The notes beneath the pieces are model-generated. The model saw nothing but the letters and a program-made list of their open reading frames with translations, had not been told where the DNA came from and did no database searches. A stretch of 64,000 bases of DNA, taken from Mustelus asterias. Its lineage: Eukaryota. The DNA lies in assembly GCF_964213995.1 (NCBI RefSeq), contig NW_027590139.1:62001-126000 (forward strand), given 5' to 3'. Made by a program: the position numbers and the translations under genes. Positions 60,881 through 64,000 of this stretch are shown here, piece by piece. Within the stretch, counting starts at the first letter, position 1, and each line of letters opens with the position of its first letter.

Positions 60881-61589
60881 AAATGACAGTGTAACACGCC
60901 AATTGGCCTGACCATAATGCTCAACTCCTCTGTGTTGCTGCAGGTTCTCAAGGTTAGATTGAGAGGCCATGTCACTTAATAGATGAACACATCCGTTACT
61001 TTCAATCTGATATTTCAACTTATCTTGTACTTGAAAATTAAAAAGCGTCCGTCCGCAGCTGTCTAAGGGAGTCATCCAGACACGAAACGTTGGCTCCAGT
61101 CTCTCTCCAGTGATGCTGTCAGACTTGCTGATATTTTCCAGCATTTTCTGTTTTTGCTTGTTGAAACCCCGTGATGTTAAATGCGAGAGTATCGCAAAAT
61201 CCAGGAGAAACCTCAAAAACAAAAGAAAATGGAAGCAGCCGTTGAAATAATAAAATCAAAGCAATAAAACCCATAATAAACGCCCATACTACTCAGGCAG
61301 CGAAATCACACAGTAATCCTGCATAATAAACTGAGAATCGCTGTTTCACAGACAATGTTCCGCTAGATGGCGCCCAGGACCTCATATTTAACTAAAACCT
61401 GCAAAGGGGTCAGTTCGTTGCTTGTTATAGCTGCCAGCAGAGTAGTAGGGGAAATATTCCTAGGCCGTTACACTTCCTTGCAATCGATAGCATGTTTAGG
61501 GCAAAAGATTGGATATGGCACAATTGCACCGCAGGAGTTTTCTGCCGCAGTGGTCGGATCCTCATTCAGGTTCAAGTGCCTTCATTGAA

Positions 61590-62295
61590 TCGTAGAATCA
61601 TAGAATCATACAGCGCAGAAGATGGGCTCTTCGGCCCATCGAGGCCACGTTGTTACATTAAATACCAGAACTCGCACCTAATCTCATCTGCCAGCGCTTG
61701 GACAATCGCCCTGAATGTTATGATGTACCAAGTGCTTATCCAGACACTTTTTTAAAGGACGTAAGGCAAACCGCCATCACCATTCTCCCAGGCAGCGTAC
61801 TCTAGACTGTCACCACCCTCTGGCTAAAAAGGTTTTCCTCACATTCCCCTGAAACCTCCTGCCCCTCACCTTGAACCTATTTCGCCTCATGACTGACCCT
61901 TCAATTAAGGGGAATAACTGCTCTTTATCCACTCTGTCCATGTATCTCATAATCTTGTACACCTCGATCAGGTCGCCCCTCAGTTTTCTCTGCTCCAACG
62001 AAAACAAACCAAGCCTACCAAACTCGCTTCATAACTTAAATATTCTATCCCACGTAGTATGCTGGTAAACATTTTCTGCACTTCCTCCAGTGCAATCACA
62101 TCCTTCCGAGAATGTGGCGGCCAGAACTGCAACGGTACTCTAGCTGTGACCTCACCAAAGTTCTACACAAGTCCAACATGAGTTCCCTGCTTTTGCAACC
62201 TACGTCACGATTGACAAAGTCAAGTGTCCTGTATGCCTTTTTCACCACCCTACTAACATACTCTTCCACTTTCAGACATATGTGGACAAACACAA
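61590..62295 (-). mobile_element. CR1 3' fragment
   Basis: FSLEQRKLRGDLIEVYK, with a (TAGAATCA)n tail on the plus strand. Confidence 0.85.
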
Positions 62296-63389
62296 AGTTC
62301 CATTCGTTCCACATAACACAAACTACCAATCGTGATGGTCACGTTCATAACGTGGTCGAACATGTTGATTATCAGCCTGTAAATCCTTTCAGTATTGCTG
62401 ATGGCAGGTGATGGGGACGGAACAGATTCCTGGTCAATAATACTGCGGAAGTCAATGGCAAACCGCTGGAGTGCTTTGAAACCACAAAGTGATCAAATTG
62501 AAGTCCATGGCGACCAATGCCCCATTGGGGCATGGTAACTGGGAGAGGAGGAGGTGGATGACACAGGAGGCTTAGAGAGTGGGCTCTACAAATAACTGCA
62601 TTCCAATGTCACTAAGCAATCTGGGTAACAAGGTTTGCACAACGTTGCACATCAATAAACAAATCTTCTTAAAAATAACGGTGTCCACTGATCCGTATTT
62701 GTTAACCAACAAAACCACAGTCTTCCATTATAAATTAATGTCGGTACTTGAAATTTTGATTAAATTAACCCGTCAGGCCTGCTTCGACAGCACCTTCCGA
62801 ATCCGGAATCTCTTTCATCTCTAAGGATAAGAGGAACAGATGCACGGGAACACCACATTCTGTGGCACCACTTCAAGCCACACACCATCCTCATTTTGAA
62901 CCATATCGCCGTTCCCTTGCGTCAAAATTCTGGAAATCGTTTTGTGCTTTGGATTACAGGCAGAGGACAACCAATTAGAAAAGTATGGAAGGAGAAATGA
63001 AAGAAGGTGTGTCATTACGAGTGCGAAATACAAAGCCAACTGATGGGGGGAGGACAGAAAGGAAGAGATTCAGAAATGACACAGAATGCACTGTTCTTTC
63101 AATTCATTTATATTTCCCTCGCGTCTGTTTATATAGTTCAATTGTTTGAAAACACGTCTCTCAATAAAAGGCCGCTGGAATCTGCCCATCGACAACCTTG
63201 CACTTGCCGACAGTGTCACGTACTCTGAGTCACCGTCAGAGGGCGCAGTCGTCACATGTTTCTCCAAGCTTGAAATGACGCGGGCAATGTCTTTGGTACC
63301 ATTGGCATACCGTTGCTATTGGCAACAAAACCCACAGTCTCTCTCTCTCCCCCTCTCTCTGGCCCACCTCACGTATCCTGCATTACTGA

Positions 63390-63600
63390 ATGGGCGGTAC
63401 GGTGGCACAGTGTTAGCATTGCTGCCTTACAACGCAAGGAATCCAGATTCAATTCCAGCCTTGGGTGACTGTGCGGAGTTTGCACGTTCTCTCCGTGTCT
63501 GCCTGGGTTTTCTCCAGATGCTACGGTTTCCTCTCACAGTCCAAAGATGTGCAGGTTAGGTGCATTGGTCATGCTAAATTGTCTCTTAGTGTTACGGGGA
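63390..63600 (+). mobile_element. V-SINE
   Basis: tRNA head and V-domain as at 32124. Confidence 0.8.
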
Positions 63601-64000
63601 TATTTCCCGAACTGTAGAGTTATAGACTCGGGGAGAAGGAAGCAGAACCACAACGGACCTCTCCTCATCAATGTATCACTTTTCACTTCGCGTTTCCTTC
63701 CCAATTGAAAGTAAAGAATATGCTATTCTCCTGAACGCTATAACTCAGGCATTGCCATTATTCAAATGAGATGAACTCTTTTTTAAAAATTATTCATTGG
63801 GCGTCGGTGACAGGACAATATTTCTGTCCATCACCAATTACCCTCGAACCAGGCTGGGATATTTGAGAGTTCGTTGTATTGTTGTTGTTCTGTAATCACA
63901 CACAGTCCAGGCCATGCTAGGCTGGCATATTTCCTTCCACAAAGTGCATTAGTGAACTAGGTGAATTTGTAGTGAAATTTGTGGTGCGTTCAGGCACCAT

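Noticed and set aside
1-64000. CRISPR array, rRNA or prokaryotic operon
   Set aside because: No regular repeat-spacer pattern or rRNA motif was seen, and the sequence is clearly vertebrate.

Overview
Eukaryotic, repeat-rich DNA from a cartilaginous fish, most likely a shark (HE1/V-SINEs, CR1 LINEs with esterase ORF1, Penelope-like fragments, shark-type GPR139/142-like GPCR). There are four zones. (1) 1-10.9 kb: CR1 debris, an orphan GPCR first exon, and a truncated CR1 followed by a full-length intact CR1. (2) 10.9-33 kb: a tRNA gene cluster built from segmental duplications about 9 kb apart. It holds plausible Lys-CTT, Thr-TGT, Asn-GTT, Cys-GCA and Leu-TAG genes and many pseudogenes, including two tRNA-Pro relics with an insert at the canonical intron site. 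(3) 33-47 kb: an unexplained G/T-rich element with a hammerhead ribozyme motif, an intact two-exon GPCR gene, an assembly gap, a second full-length CR1 of another family, a Penelope fragment and a C2H2-ZNF pseudogene. (4) 48-64 kb: five T-cell-receptor alpha/delta-like V pseudogene segments, several with RSS, among seven CTCF-like motifs. The strongest new observation is that both CR1 families end ORF1 with an in-phase U_UUA_AAC slippery heptamer, then the stop codon, then G-tracts, with ORF2 open in the -1 frame. This predicts programmed -1 ribosomal frameshifting and an ORF1-ORF2 fusion protein. All calls were made by eye, and repeat boundaries are approximate.
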